The position numbers and the translations under genes are program-made. Positions 1 through 8,992 of a stretch of 64,000 bases of DNA are shown here, piece by piece (the stretch's first letter is position 1; the number at the start of each line of letters is the position of its first letter). The DNA comes from an uncultured Alphaproteobacteria bacterium (GTDB lineage: Bacteria > Pseudomonadota > Alphaproteobacteria > HIMB59 > GCA-002718135). The stretch lies in NCBI GenBank assembly GCA_902597015.1, contig CACJWQ010000002.1, positions 28,383 to 92,382 on the forward strand, written 5' to 3'. The notes beneath the pieces were generated by a model. That model did no database searches, was not told the origin of the DNA, and was given only the letters and a program-made list of their open reading frames with translations.

Positions 1-97
1 GAAAAAAAACAAAAAAAGAGCATTATGAACCACATTAGTTCGGTGCTAAGTGAATTAAGTATTGTTGTTAATTCAAAGAAAAAACCCATTACAAAAT

Positions 98-379
98 TTA
101 ATTAGATTTTAATAGAATAGTTTTTTTTAATTTTTTAGCCTTTAAGGGCAATTTAGAGTTTGGTGTATTGATGAGGAATTCATCTAATCCACCCTTTTTT
201 TCTACTGTACGTATAGTACTGACTGCAACTTTAAGTTGAAATTTTTGTCCCAATACTTCACTAACAAAAGTAATATTCTGAAGGTTTGGTTTAAAACGTC
301 TTTTTGTTCTATTTTTGGCATGACTGACGTTGTTACCAGTTTGAAAGGATTTTCCGGTTAATTCACATCTCATTGACAT
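98..379 (-). CDS. rpmB: 50S ribosomal protein L28
   Basis: 93 aa. The N-terminus MSMRCELTGKSFQTGNNVSHAKNRTKRRFKPNLQ matches the canonical L28 signature. Confidence 0.9.
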   Translation of the reverse strand: MSMRCELTGKSFQTGNNVSHAKNRTKRRFKPNLQNITFVSEVLGQKFQLKVAVSTIRTVEKKGGLDEFLINTPNSKLPLKAKKLKKTILLKSN

Positions 380-422
380 AATGAGTTTGCATGTAAATAT
401 AAATATTACTTTGTCAAGTATT

Positions 423-1259
423 CTAAATACTAAATTTATCTATAATATAAGTTGGGGTTATTTGATGATTTTTAATTAAATTATTTATTTGATTTAAATC
501 TTTATGAATACCAGATTTTACTAAAACACTATCTATTTCAAAATTATTAGCTCCTTGAATGTCATGAAACAATGAGTCTCCAATAGCTACTGTTCTTTTT
601 TTTTCTAAATTAATTTGATTAGTGGTTGCAGTGTATATGCTTACATCAGGCTTACCTTTTATAATAACATTTCCACCCATTTTTTTGTATATTTCGCCAA
701 TAGCACCCATACAGAAAATATTTTTTTTACTATTACTTTCAACTGTTTCAAAGTCAGGGTTTGCACAATACATTGTTATTTCTTTATTGTAAGCTACTTC
801 TAGTAATGGAATGTAGTCTATTGGTTGTAACTTTATAAAAGGAGTACAAGCTAAAATTAAATCTGCTTCTTCTACTTTTTCTACAAAATTAAAATTTAAA
901 CCATCTCTAAAATTTAGACCATCCTCTTTTTCTTTGTCATAAATATGAAAACAATTTTTTTTATTTTTATCATCTAAAAATTTTTTTTTAAGTAATTGCC
1001 AAATCATTTCTCCACTTGTGACTGTATTTATAAAAGAATTTTTTTTAAAACCAAGTTTTGGCAACCTATCTATGGATGATTTTGATCTTTTTGATGAATT
1101 TGAAATTATAAACAAATTTTTATTTTTACTATTCAGAAAATTAATAGAATTAAAAGCATGCTCATATCCAAATGTTCCATCATGCATTACACCCCATTGA
1201 TCAATTATAAAATTATCATAATCATTAATAATTTCTTCAATCGATTTTATTTTTTTCAT
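423..1259 (-). CDS. HAD superfamily class IIA hydrolase (TIGR01459-like)
   Basis: 278 aa. Motif I-like IIDQWGVMHDG, then ISNSS and a C-terminal IGDSLFHDI motif typical of HAD-IIA proteins. Confidence 0.7.
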   Translation of the reverse strand: MKKIKSIEEIINDYDNFIIDQWGVMHDGTFGYEHAFNSINFLNSKNKNLFIISNSSKRSKSSIDRLPKLGFKKNSFINTVTSGEMIWQLLKKKFLDDKNKKNCFHIYDKEKEDGLNFRDGLNFNFVEKVEEADLILACTPFIKLQPIDYIPLLEVAYNKEITMYCANPDFETVESNSKKNIFCMGAIGEIYKKMGGNVIIKGKPDVSIYTATTNQINLEKKRTVAIGDSLFHDIQGANNFEIDSVLVKSGIHKDLNQINNLIKNHQITPTYIIDKFSI

Positions 1260-1261
1260 TA

Positions 1262-2317
1262 CTATACTGATTTACCAATAACTTCAGTTATATTTTTATA
1301 TCCATCAGTTTTAATTAGATCAATCATATCACTTTTCATACTATTGATTAAATCTGGGCCAGAATAAACCAAAGCAGTATATAGCTGAACTAAAGAAGCA
1401 CCGGATTTAATTTTTTCATAACAGTCCTTTCCACTTGATATACCACCCACACCTATTAATGGTATTTGACCATTTGTTAATTCATACATTTTTTTCAAAA
1501 TAATATTTGAGTTACAATATAATGGTCTGCCACTTAAACCTCCTTTTTTTTCTTTATTCAATGAAATTAAATTGGTCTCTCTTTTGATAGTACTATTTGT
1601 AAGTATTAAACCATCAATGTTATTAGCCAAAGAAATTAATGCTATATCTCTAAGTTGATCTTCATTTAAATCAGGTGAAATTTTTATTAATATTGGCTTT
1701 GTATTAATATTTTTAATTTCATCTCTTTTGTCTATAATTTTTTTAATTAATTTTTCTATATTTCCTCTTAATTGTAAATCCCTTAACCCTTCAGTATTTG
1801 GTGATGATATGTTTATAGTTATATAGCTTGCTAAATCGCCTAACTCTTCTAAACCAATTAGATAATCATCAATAGCTTCACTTGAATTTTTATTTTTTCC
1901 AATATTAACTCCTACAATTTTATTATTTAAGTACGATTTTTGGTGTTTAATTAAATTTTTTTTTACTTTTTTAATACCCTTATTATTAAAACCTAAACTA
2001 TTAATGATAGCTTTATCTTCAGTTAATCTAAATATTCTAGGTTTAGAATTACCACTTTGAGGTTGTGGAGTAATGGTACCAACTTCAAGAAATCCAAAAC
2101 CAAATGAAAACATGGAATGCATCACTTCAGCATTTTTATCAAAACCGGCAGCGAGTCCTATAGGATTTGTAAAATCTAAACCCATTAGATGTTGTGCAAG
2201 AATAGGATCCTCAATATTTTTTTGTCTTACTTTAAAGTATTTTAAAAAATTAATTGTAATAGTATGAGATAACTCGGGAGGTAATAATCTTAATATTTTT
2301 AATGAACTATTGTACAA
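1262..2317 (-). CDS. pyrD: Dihydroorotate dehydrogenase (quinone), class 2
   Basis: 351 aa. Contains GLAAGFDKNAEV, GFGFLEVGTITPQPQSGNSKPRIFRL, ISSPNT and GVGGI motifs. Confidence 0.92.
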   Translation of the reverse strand: MYNSSLKILRLLPPELSHTITINFLKYFKVRQKNIEDPILAQHLMGLDFTNPIGLAAGFDKNAEVMHSMFSFGFGFLEVGTITPQPQSGNSKPRIFRLTEDKAIINSLGFNNKGIKKVKKNLIKHQKSYLNNKIVGVNIGKNKNSSEAIDDYLIGLEELGDLASYITINISSPNTEGLRDLQLRGNIEKLIKKIIDKRDEIKNINTKPILIKISPDLNEDQLRDIALISLANNIDGLILTNSTIKRETNLISLNKEKKGGLSGRPLYCNSNIILKKMYELTNGQIPLIGVGGISSGKDCYEKIKSGASLVQLYTALVYSGPDLINSMKSDMIDLIKTDGYKNITEVIGKSV

Positions 2318-2321
2318 TAAA

Positions 2322-3905
2322 TTAATTATCTATTAATTTTTTTAGATAATCAATAGTTTCTCTTAAGCCAAATAATTTAAAAAATGATCCTAGTCTAGGG
2401 CCTTGATCCTGACCAAGCATAACTTGATATACTAGTTTAAAAAAATCTTTTAAGTTTTCAAATTGATGCTTTTTTCCTACTTCGTATAATAATGTTTGAA
2501 TATCTTCAGATGAGCTGTGTTCAGTAACATCATTTTCTAAAACATTAATAATATCAATAAATACCTCTTTATTACTACTATCAATCTCTAAAAATTTCTT
2601 TTTAGGCAAAATAAAATCTTCATAGTAATTAAGTGCGAAGTCTATGAGGCGATCAAATTCAGGATTATTATCTGCGTTAATTTGATCATCATATTTATTA
2701 ATAAAAGACCATATTACTTTTTTATCATTAGAATTAGAAACATTTACTAGGTTAGTAAGGGTATTGAAATTTATTTCTGATTTAAATTCTTTAGGTTTTC
2801 CTGAGTGAATATGCCAAATTGGATTATCATACTGTTTATTTTTATCTAATTTAGAGTATGCATTATAATGAGAAAGATAATCATCTACAGTTTTAGGGAT
2901 TACATCAAAGTGAAGTTTTTTTGCTGATTTTGGTTTTTGGAACATATAGAGTGCAAGACTTTCAGGAGAGGCATAACGCAGCCACTCATCAACACTAATA
3001 CCATTGCCGACTGACTTAGAAATTTTTTCACCCTTTTCATCTAAAAACATTTCATAAATTAGATTAGTAGGTGACTTTTTATTTAATGCTTTACAAATCT
3101 TCGATCCTAAATCAACACTTTCTGTAAGATCTTTACCACACATTTCATAATCAACATCAAATGACATCCATCTCATTGCCCAATCAACTTTCCACTGTAA
3201 CTTACATTTTCCATTAATTACTTCTGTTTCAACTAACTTGTCTAAAGATGGATCCTTGTAAATAATTGTTTTTGAATCCATTTTATATTCTTCAATTTTT
3301 ACCTGAAGTACTTGACCTGAATTTTCACTTATTGGGAGAAATGGACTATAAGTTTCTTTTCTCTCTGCTCTTAAAGTAGGCAAAATAATATCTAATATTT
3401 TTGGATAGTTTTCAAATATACTTAATATTGTTTCATTAAAATCTCCATTTTGATATTTTTCTGTTGAACTTACAAATTCATATTCGAAATTAAATTCATC
3501 TAAAAAACTTCTAAGTTTTGCATTATTATGATGTCCAAAACTTTCAAATTTACCAAATGGATCTGGTATAGAAGTAAGTGGCTTACCTATAAATTTTTCT
3601 AACATTTCTTTATTGGGAACATTTTCAGGAACTTTTCTTAATCCGTCCATATCATCAGAAAATGTGATCAGTTTTGTTGGGCAATCAATTATGGAGCTAA
3701 ATGCATTTTTTACCATTGATGTTCTTACAACTTCACCAAAAGTTCCAATATGTGGCAAACCTGAGGGGCCATAACCGGTTTCTAGTAACACATATCCCTT
3801 GGATGGAATTTTAAAGTTTTGTAAACCACCATTTTTTTTAATGATTTGTAATGCTTCTTTAAAAGGCCAAGCTTTTAAGGATTGTACTAATTCTTGATCA
3901 ATCAT
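2322..3905 (-). CDS. lysK: Lysyl-tRNA synthetase, class I
   Basis: 527 aa. GYGPSGLPHIGTFGEVVRT (HIGH-type motif) and KISKSVGNG (KMSKS-type motif). The class I LysRS architecture is typical of alphaproteobacteria. Confidence 0.9.
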   Translation of the reverse strand: MIDQELVQSLKAWPFKEALQIIKKNGGLQNFKIPSKGYVLLETGYGPSGLPHIGTFGEVVRTSMVKNAFSSIIDCPTKLITFSDDMDGLRKVPENVPNKEMLEKFIGKPLTSIPDPFGKFESFGHHNNAKLRSFLDEFNFEYEFVSSTEKYQNGDFNETILSIFENYPKILDIILPTLRAERKETYSPFLPISENSGQVLQVKIEEYKMDSKTIIYKDPSLDKLVETEVINGKCKLQWKVDWAMRWMSFDVDYEMCGKDLTESVDLGSKICKALNKKSPTNLIYEMFLDEKGEKISKSVGNGISVDEWLRYASPESLALYMFQKPKSAKKLHFDVIPKTVDDYLSHYNAYSKLDKNKQYDNPIWHIHSGKPKEFKSEINFNTLTNLVNVSNSNDKKVIWSFINKYDDQINADNNPEFDRLIDFALNYYEDFILPKKKFLEIDSSNKEVFIDIINVLENDVTEHSSSEDIQTLLYEVGKKHQFENLKDFFKLVYQVMLGQDQGPRLGSFFKLFGLRETIDYLKKLIDN

Positions 3906-4359
3906 TTAATTTTGCTCTAATTCTAATTTTTTTACCCAATAACAACTTTAATGAATTTGTGAAATTAAAAATTTCGGATCCTAATTTATTAAATAATTCA
4001 TTTTCTAAACCTACAATATTATCAATAATATTATTAATTAAATCATTCCCTGCTGCAGTTAAAATTAAACTATCAGATCTTTTATCTTGTGGTTGTTGTT
4101 TTGATATTAATTTCTTTTCTTCTAGTTTAGAAACACGTAAGCTAACAACTGATCTATCAATAGATGCATTTTTGCATATATCCTGTTGAGTAATATTTAT
4201 GTTTTCTTGCCGTAATAAATAAATTGTCTCGAGAATAAGATATTCATTTAATGTGATTTGACTCTCTTTTAATTTATTTCTTACTTTGGATTGCCATAAG
4301 TTTGAAGTTTGCCAAATTAATAATGCTAATCTGTTCTCATTAAGAGAAGTGTCTGCCAT
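3898..4359 (-). CDS. MarR family transcriptional regulator
   Basis: 153 aa. Winged-helix region (LTQQDICKNASIDRSVVSLRVSKLEEKKLISKQ...DKRS) is typical of MarR. Overlaps the lysK start by 8 nt. Confidence 0.75.
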   Translation of the reverse strand: MADTSLNENRLALLIWQTSNLWQSKVRNKLKESQITLNEYLILETIYLLRQENINITQQDICKNASIDRSVVSLRVSKLEEKKLISKQQPQDKRSDSLILTAAGNDLINNIIDNIVGLENELFNKLGSEIFNFTNSLKLLLGKKIRIRAKLND

Positions 4360-4365
4360 AGTTTT

Positions 4366-4384
4366 TATACAAACTGTTTGTATA
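4366..4384. promoter_or_regulatory. Perfect 9-1-9 palindrome TATACAAAC-T-GTTTGTATA, 7 nt upstream of the marR start; candidate MarR operator
   Basis: Read directly from the sequence. MarR dimers commonly autoregulate through palindromes overlapping their own promoter or 5' UTR. Confidence 0.4.
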
Positions 4385-4407
4385 CAAATTAATAATTGAT
4401 GTCAATA

Positions 4408-4719
4408 CTATTCTGGTGCAATTTCTATCTTTAAGCCATCAAGCTCTTCAGAAAGATCGATTTGACAAGATAATCTTGAATTATTTTTAACATCAAAAGC
4501 TTGATCGAGCATAGATTCTTCATCATCATTCATATTTTTTAGCTTGTTTGTCCATTCTTCATCAATATAAACATGACAAGTAGCACAAGCACAACATCCT
4601 CCACATGAAGCTTCAATATCGTAACCATTGTCCCTAAGGGTTTCCATTAATGTAAAATTACTATCATATTCAATTTCAGACTTTTTACCTGATCTATCTG
4701 TGATTATTAACTTCGGCAT
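4408..4719 (-). CDS. [2Fe-2S] ferredoxin, adrenodoxin/putidaredoxin type
   Basis: 103 aa. Cluster ligands sit in CGGCCACATCHV plus a distal SRLSCQ. The start shares 1 nt with the upstream stop (TAATG). Confidence 0.88.
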   Translation of the reverse strand: MPKLIITDRSGKKSEIEYDSNFTLMETLRDNGYDIEASCGGCCACATCHVYIDEEWTNKLKNMNDDEESMLDQAFDVKNNSRLSCQIDLSEELDGLKIEIAPE

Positions 4720-5729
4720 TAAACGCCTAGTTTTTTCTGAAGTTCTTTAGAAGATGTTGTATATCTAAAAATGTTTTTCTTATCAGGAAAACAATACTTG
4801 AATACTTCTTGAGCCATTAAGGCAGACTCGTGAAATCCTGATAAAATAAGCTTAAGTTTTCCTGGATACCAATTTATGTCACCAATCGCAAAGATTGAAG
4901 GTGTAGAGGTTTCAAATTTTTCAGTGTCCACTTTAATTAGGTTCTCGTGTAAGTTTAAACCCCATTCCGCAATTGGACCTAGTTCCATTTTTAAACCAAA
5001 AAACGGTAAAAGATAATCTACTTCAATATTTAATTTTTCATCATCATTTTCGTATTCTAACATTATTTTATTATCTTGAATTTTTGAAATCTTTTTTATT
5101 TGTCCCTTTAAAAATTTAATTTTTCCTTTTGTTTCTAATTCTTGCATTTTTGAAACGGAATCAGGTGCTGCCCTAAACTCTTTTCTTCTGTGTATTAGAG
5201 TTACATTGGAATCTTTAGATAGTTCATTTGTCCAATCTAAAGCAGAATCTCCTCCTCCTGCAATTAAGAGTTTTTTATCCTTAAAAATTGATTTGTCTCG
5301 AATTGCATAAAAAACACTCTTGTTTTCGAAACTCTCAATATTCTCAATCGGAGGTTTTCGAGGTACAAAGCTTCCTGCTCCTGCGGCAATAACTATACAT
5401 TTTGCTTCAACTTTTGTTCCAATATTAGTTTCTACAATCCAACCATGTTCTGTTTTAGCAATTTTCTCAACTTGTTGGTTAAGATGAAATTTAGGTTTAA
5501 ATGGGTCTATCTGTTTAATTAACTCGTCAGTTAATTCTTGTCCTGTTACAACTGGTCTTGAGGGAATGTCGTAAATTGGTTTTTCTGGGTACAATTCGGC
5601 GCACTGACCTCCGACTTTATCTAAATTATCAACTAAATGACATTTTATATTTAAAAGACCTAATTCAAAAACAGCAAACAATCCTACTGGACCTGCCCCA
5701 ATAATTACTACATCAGTTTTTTCAATCAT
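4719..5729 (-). CDS. Ferredoxin-NADP+ reductase, thioredoxin-reductase-like type
   Basis: 336 aa. FAD motif DVVIIGAGPVGLFA, second Rossmann motif LIAGGGDSALDW, no CxxC redox pair. YumC-type FNR pattern. Confidence 0.82.
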   Translation of the reverse strand: MIEKTDVVIIGAGPVGLFAVFELGLLNIKCHLVDNLDKVGGQCAELYPEKPIYDIPSRPVVTGQELTDELIKQIDPFKPKFHLNQQVEKIAKTEHGWIVETNIGTKVEAKCIVIAAGAGSFVPRKPPIENIESFENKSVFYAIRDKSIFKDKKLLIAGGGDSALDWTNELSKDSNVTLIHRRKEFRAAPDSVSKMQELETKGKIKFLKGQIKKISKIQDNKIMLEYENDDEKLNIEVDYLLPFFGLKMELGPIAEWGLNLHENLIKVDTEKFETSTPSIFAIGDINWYPGKLKLILSGFHESALMAQEVFKYCFPDKKNIFRYTTSSKELQKKLGV

Positions 5730-5782
5730 ATATGGAAAATAACAACTTTTTTTATTAATTCTAGAGATTATATATATCCTGA

Positions 5783-6838
5783 ATGAATTACGCTAATACT
5801 TCTGAATATTATAACTCTTCTGTTTATATATGGCTATTAACAATAACTGCAATGGTTTTCTTAATTATAGTAATAGGAGGTCTTACAAGATTAACCGACT
5901 CTGGACTTTCTATGACTGACTGGCGTCCAATTTTAGGCGTAATTCCACCACTGAGTTTAGAAAGTTGGTTGGTTGTTTTCGAAATGTATAAACAAACACC
6001 AGAATACAAAATAGTTAACAAAAATATGACGTTAAATGAGTTTAAATATATTTTTTGGTGGGAGTGGTTTCATAGAATATTTGCAAGAGCCATAGGAATT
6101 GTCTTTTTAATACCCTTAATTTACTTCAGTTTTAAAAAGCAAATTCAATCATCACTGTATACAAGGCTTGGTATTGTGTTTTTGTTTGGTTTGTTTCAAG
6201 CAGTTATTGGATGGTGGATGGTAAAGAGTGGTTTGACAGAAAATCCTTATGTAAGCCCTTATAGACTTACTTTTCATCTTTTAAATGCTCTTATAATTTT
6301 CTCTATGTTATTATGGATAGCAATGGATTACAGATATTCTTCTAATATAAGTTTTTTATCTAATCCAATGACAATTGAGTTTTATATTTTAATTGCTGTA
6401 ATCTTAATATTTATTACAATTGCAACAGGTGGATTTATGGCAGGAACGAACTCTGGACAATCTTTTAATACTTTTCCACTAATGAATGGAAAAATTATAC
6501 CTGATGATTACATTATTGATGATTTAGGTATTTATAATATTTTTGAAAATACAGTTGCAATAAATTTTAACCATCGCTGGTTATCAATATTTGTTTTTTT
6601 TTACATCCTATTTGTATGTTTTAGATTTATTAAATTTGATAATAAACACGTTTCAAGTACTCTTGTGTATTTAGTTATATTCTTTCTAACCTTACAAGTA
6701 ATTTTAGGAATTATAACTCTTTTAAGTAATGTCTACTTACCAGTTGCAAGTTTACATCAAACTAATTCAATTTTGTTATTATCAACTTTATTAATTAGTT
6801 ATCATCAAATTAAAATTAGAAAGGTTAAGAATGTCTAA
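5783..6838 (+). CDS. ctaA: Haem A synthase (COX15/CtaA family)
   Basis: 351 aa polytopic membrane protein. GGLTRLTDSGLSMTDW signature, with conserved His in FHR and NHRW segments. Confidence 0.88.
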   Translation: MNYANTSEYYNSSVYIWLLTITAMVFLIIVIGGLTRLTDSGLSMTDWRPILGVIPPLSLESWLVVFEMYKQTPEYKIVNKNMTLNEFKYIFWWEWFHRIFARAIGIVFLIPLIYFSFKKQIQSSLYTRLGIVFLFGLFQAVIGWWMVKSGLTENPYVSPYRLTFHLLNALIIFSMLLWIAMDYRYSSNISFLSNPMTIEFYILIAVILIFITIATGGFMAGTNSGQSFNTFPLMNGKIIPDDYIIDDLGIYNIFENTVAINFNHRWLSIFVFFYILFVCFRFIKFDNKHVSSTLVYLVIFFLTLQVILGIITLLSNVYLPVASLHQTNSILLLSTLLISYHQIKIRKVKNV

Positions 6839-7556
6839 TAAAAATATATTTGTCTTTGGGGGAACAGGTTCTATCGGAAAAGCATTATCAAAAAAACTGA
6901 AGAGCAATAATTATGACCCAATAATTATTTCTAGAAATGAAACAGAATTAAAACAATTATCTGAAGAAATTGGTTGCGAATATAAAGTTTGTGATGTTTT
7001 AGATTTTGATAAAGTTAAAAGCATTTCGGAAGAATACAAAGATCGATTATGCGGTATTGCTTTTTGTGTTGGTTCTATAAATTTAAAACCTCTCAAAATG
7101 ACTAAAGATGAGGATTTTATTGATTCTTTTAAAATAAATACACTTAGTGCCATAAATGCTATTAAGTTTAATCAAGAAACTCTAGCTAAAAATAATGGTA
7201 GTATTCTACTTTATTCAACTATTGCAGTAAAACAAGGTTTTACTAATCACACAATAGTTTCGACCGCAAAAGGTGCCATTGAAGGGCTTACTTTGAGCTT
7301 AGCTGCTGAATTTGCGCCAAAAATAAAAGTAAATTGTATAGCGCCAAGTTTAACTGACGCAAAAATGACACAAAAATTACTTAATAATGAAACTATTAAG
7401 AAAGCAATTGAAAATATGCATCCTCTACCTAAAATTGGATCTGGTGATGATTTCTCTGATATTGGAAGTTTTCTATTAAATGATAAAAATAGTTGGATAA
7501 CTGGACAAATATTTCATATAGATGGGGGGAGATCATCATTAAGAATTAAATCGTGA
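6831..7556 (+). CDS. Short-chain dehydrogenase/reductase (SDR)
   Basis: 241 aa. GGTGSIGKA cofactor motif and an SDR fold pattern. Overlaps the ctaA stop by 8 nt. Confidence 0.8.
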   Translation: MSNKNIFVFGGTGSIGKALSKKLKSNNYDPIIISRNETELKQLSEEIGCEYKVCDVLDFDKVKSISEEYKDRLCGIAFCVGSINLKPLKMTKDEDFIDSFKINTLSAINAIKFNQETLAKNNGSILLYSTIAVKQGFTNHTIVSTAKGAIEGLTLSLAAEFAPKIKVNCIAPSLTDAKMTQKLLNNETIKKAIENMHPLPKIGSGDDFSDIGSFLLNDKNSWITGQIFHIDGGRSSLRIKS

Positions 7557-8236
7557 AATATATCTTTGTAATTTGTTTATCTGTTTTTTCTTTAAGCGTT
7601 TTTAGTCAACCATTTCCAATACCAGAAGATAATGAAGTAAGTTATGATGTTATTAGAAAAAAGAAAAATATTGGAAGCTTAATATCAAAATTTGAAAATA
7701 ATGAAGATAGTGTCGTTATACATTCAGTTTTAAAGATAAATGTTAAGGTTTTATTTATTCCAGCATACAAATTTTTTCAAGAAACTAAAGAAACTTGGAA
7801 AAATGGTGAGTTTGTATCAATAGATGGATTTACAGACTTCGAAGATGATCGAGAGTATAAAATAATTGGAAATGATGAAAACAATTTTTTTATTGCTAGT
7901 GGTATGGATGGAGAATTAAAATTAGATAAAAATATAGTACCATTAAATTATTGGAATATTGAAATGTTAAATGAGAAAGAAGTATTTGACACTCAAAAAG
8001 GTATTGTAAGAACTATAGAAGTAAAGCAACTTGAAGATGAAAAAATAAAAATCAATGACATTGAAATATTAGCTAATAAGTATGTTTTCAATGCATCAAA
8101 AAATCCAAAAGATAAAGGTCCATTCCCTGAGTATACACTTTGGTATTTTGAAAAAGAGCTCATGAAAATGGAATTTAAAAATCCTAATGATAAAAAAAAT
8201 ATTATAACAATAATTCGTAATGATTGGGGTCTATAG
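7553..8236 (+). CDS. Secreted hypothetical protein (beta-rich, DUF3108/DUF6134-like guess)
   Basis: 227 aa. The GTG start overlaps the upstream TGA (GTGA). N-terminal signal peptide MKYIFVICLSVFSLSVFS. No catalytic motif recognised. Confidence 0.5.
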   Translation: MKYIFVICLSVFSLSVFSQPFPIPEDNEVSYDVIRKKKNIGSLISKFENNEDSVVIHSVLKINVKVLFIPAYKFFQETKETWKNGEFVSIDGFTDFEDDREYKIIGNDENNFFIASGMDGELKLDKNIVPLNYWNIEMLNEKEVFDTQKGIVRTIEVKQLEDEKIKINDIEILANKYVFNASKNPKDKGPFPEYTLWYFEKELMKMEFKNPNDKKNIITIIRNDWGL

Positions 8237-8992
8237 TTGCAAACTATATGGATTACTGGTGGATCTTCAGGTATTGGTTTTGCTACAGCAAAAGAATTTA
8301 TAAAAAATAATTGGCAAGTTGTAATTTCTTCAAGTAATAAAATAAAACTTGAATCTGCAAAAAAAAAATTAGAACTAAATAATAAAAACTTAGTTCATGC
8401 TATTGTATGTGATATTTCTTCAAAAAATAACGTTGATGAAACGATTAATTCTATAGAAAAAAATATTGGTAAAATTGATATAGCATTATTAAATGCATCA
8501 GCTTATAGTCCAAATAAAAATCAAATATTTGATATTTCAAACTACGAATTGCTAGTAGATGTAAATATCAAAGGCACTTTGTATTGTGTTAACAAATTAA
8601 AAGATGTTATGAAAAATAGAAATAATACGATTGCTATTATTTCTTCACCGTTGGGATATAGAGGTTGGCCAACAGCTGGGGCGTATGGTATTTCTAAGGC
8701 AGCTCAATTAAGCTTGAGTGAAAGCTTGTATTTTGATTTCAAAAAGTTGAACATTAATGTTAGAGTAATATGTCCAGGTTTTATTGATACTGAAGCAACC
8801 AAAAAAAATAGCTTCAAGATGCCTTTTTTAAAAAGTGCTGAATATGCAGGAAAAAAAATATTTGATAGATTAACTAAAGGTAAAGAATTTGAAATAATTT
8901 TTCCCTATTTGATTGTATACTTTTTTAAATTTACAAGGATATTACCTTACAAAATATATTTTTATATATGGAAAAAATTAGGGAATTTTTAG
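8237..8992 (+). CDS. Short-chain dehydrogenase/reductase (SDR)
   Basis: 251 aa. TTG start directly after the upstream stop. TGGSSGIGFA cofactor motif and catalytic YGISKAA (YxxxK). Confidence 0.8.
   Translation: MQTIWITGGSSGIGFATAKEFIKNNWQVVISSSNKIKLESAKKKLELNNKNLVHAIVCDISSKNNVDETINSIEKNIGKIDIALLNASAYSPNKNQIFDISNYELLVDVNIKGTLYCVNKLKDVMKNRNNTIAIISSPLGYRGWPTAGAYGISKAAQLSLSESLYFDFKKLNINVRVICPGFIDTEATKKNSFKMPFLKSAEYAGKKIFDRLTKGKEFEIIFPYLIVYFFKFTRILPYKIYFYIWKKLGNF

Noticed and set aside
4366-4384. The palindrome read as a rho-independent terminator for the ferredoxin gene
   Set aside because: The 9-bp arms are separated by a single nucleotide, so a hairpin loop is sterically impossible. There is also no downstream T-tract on the transcribed strand.
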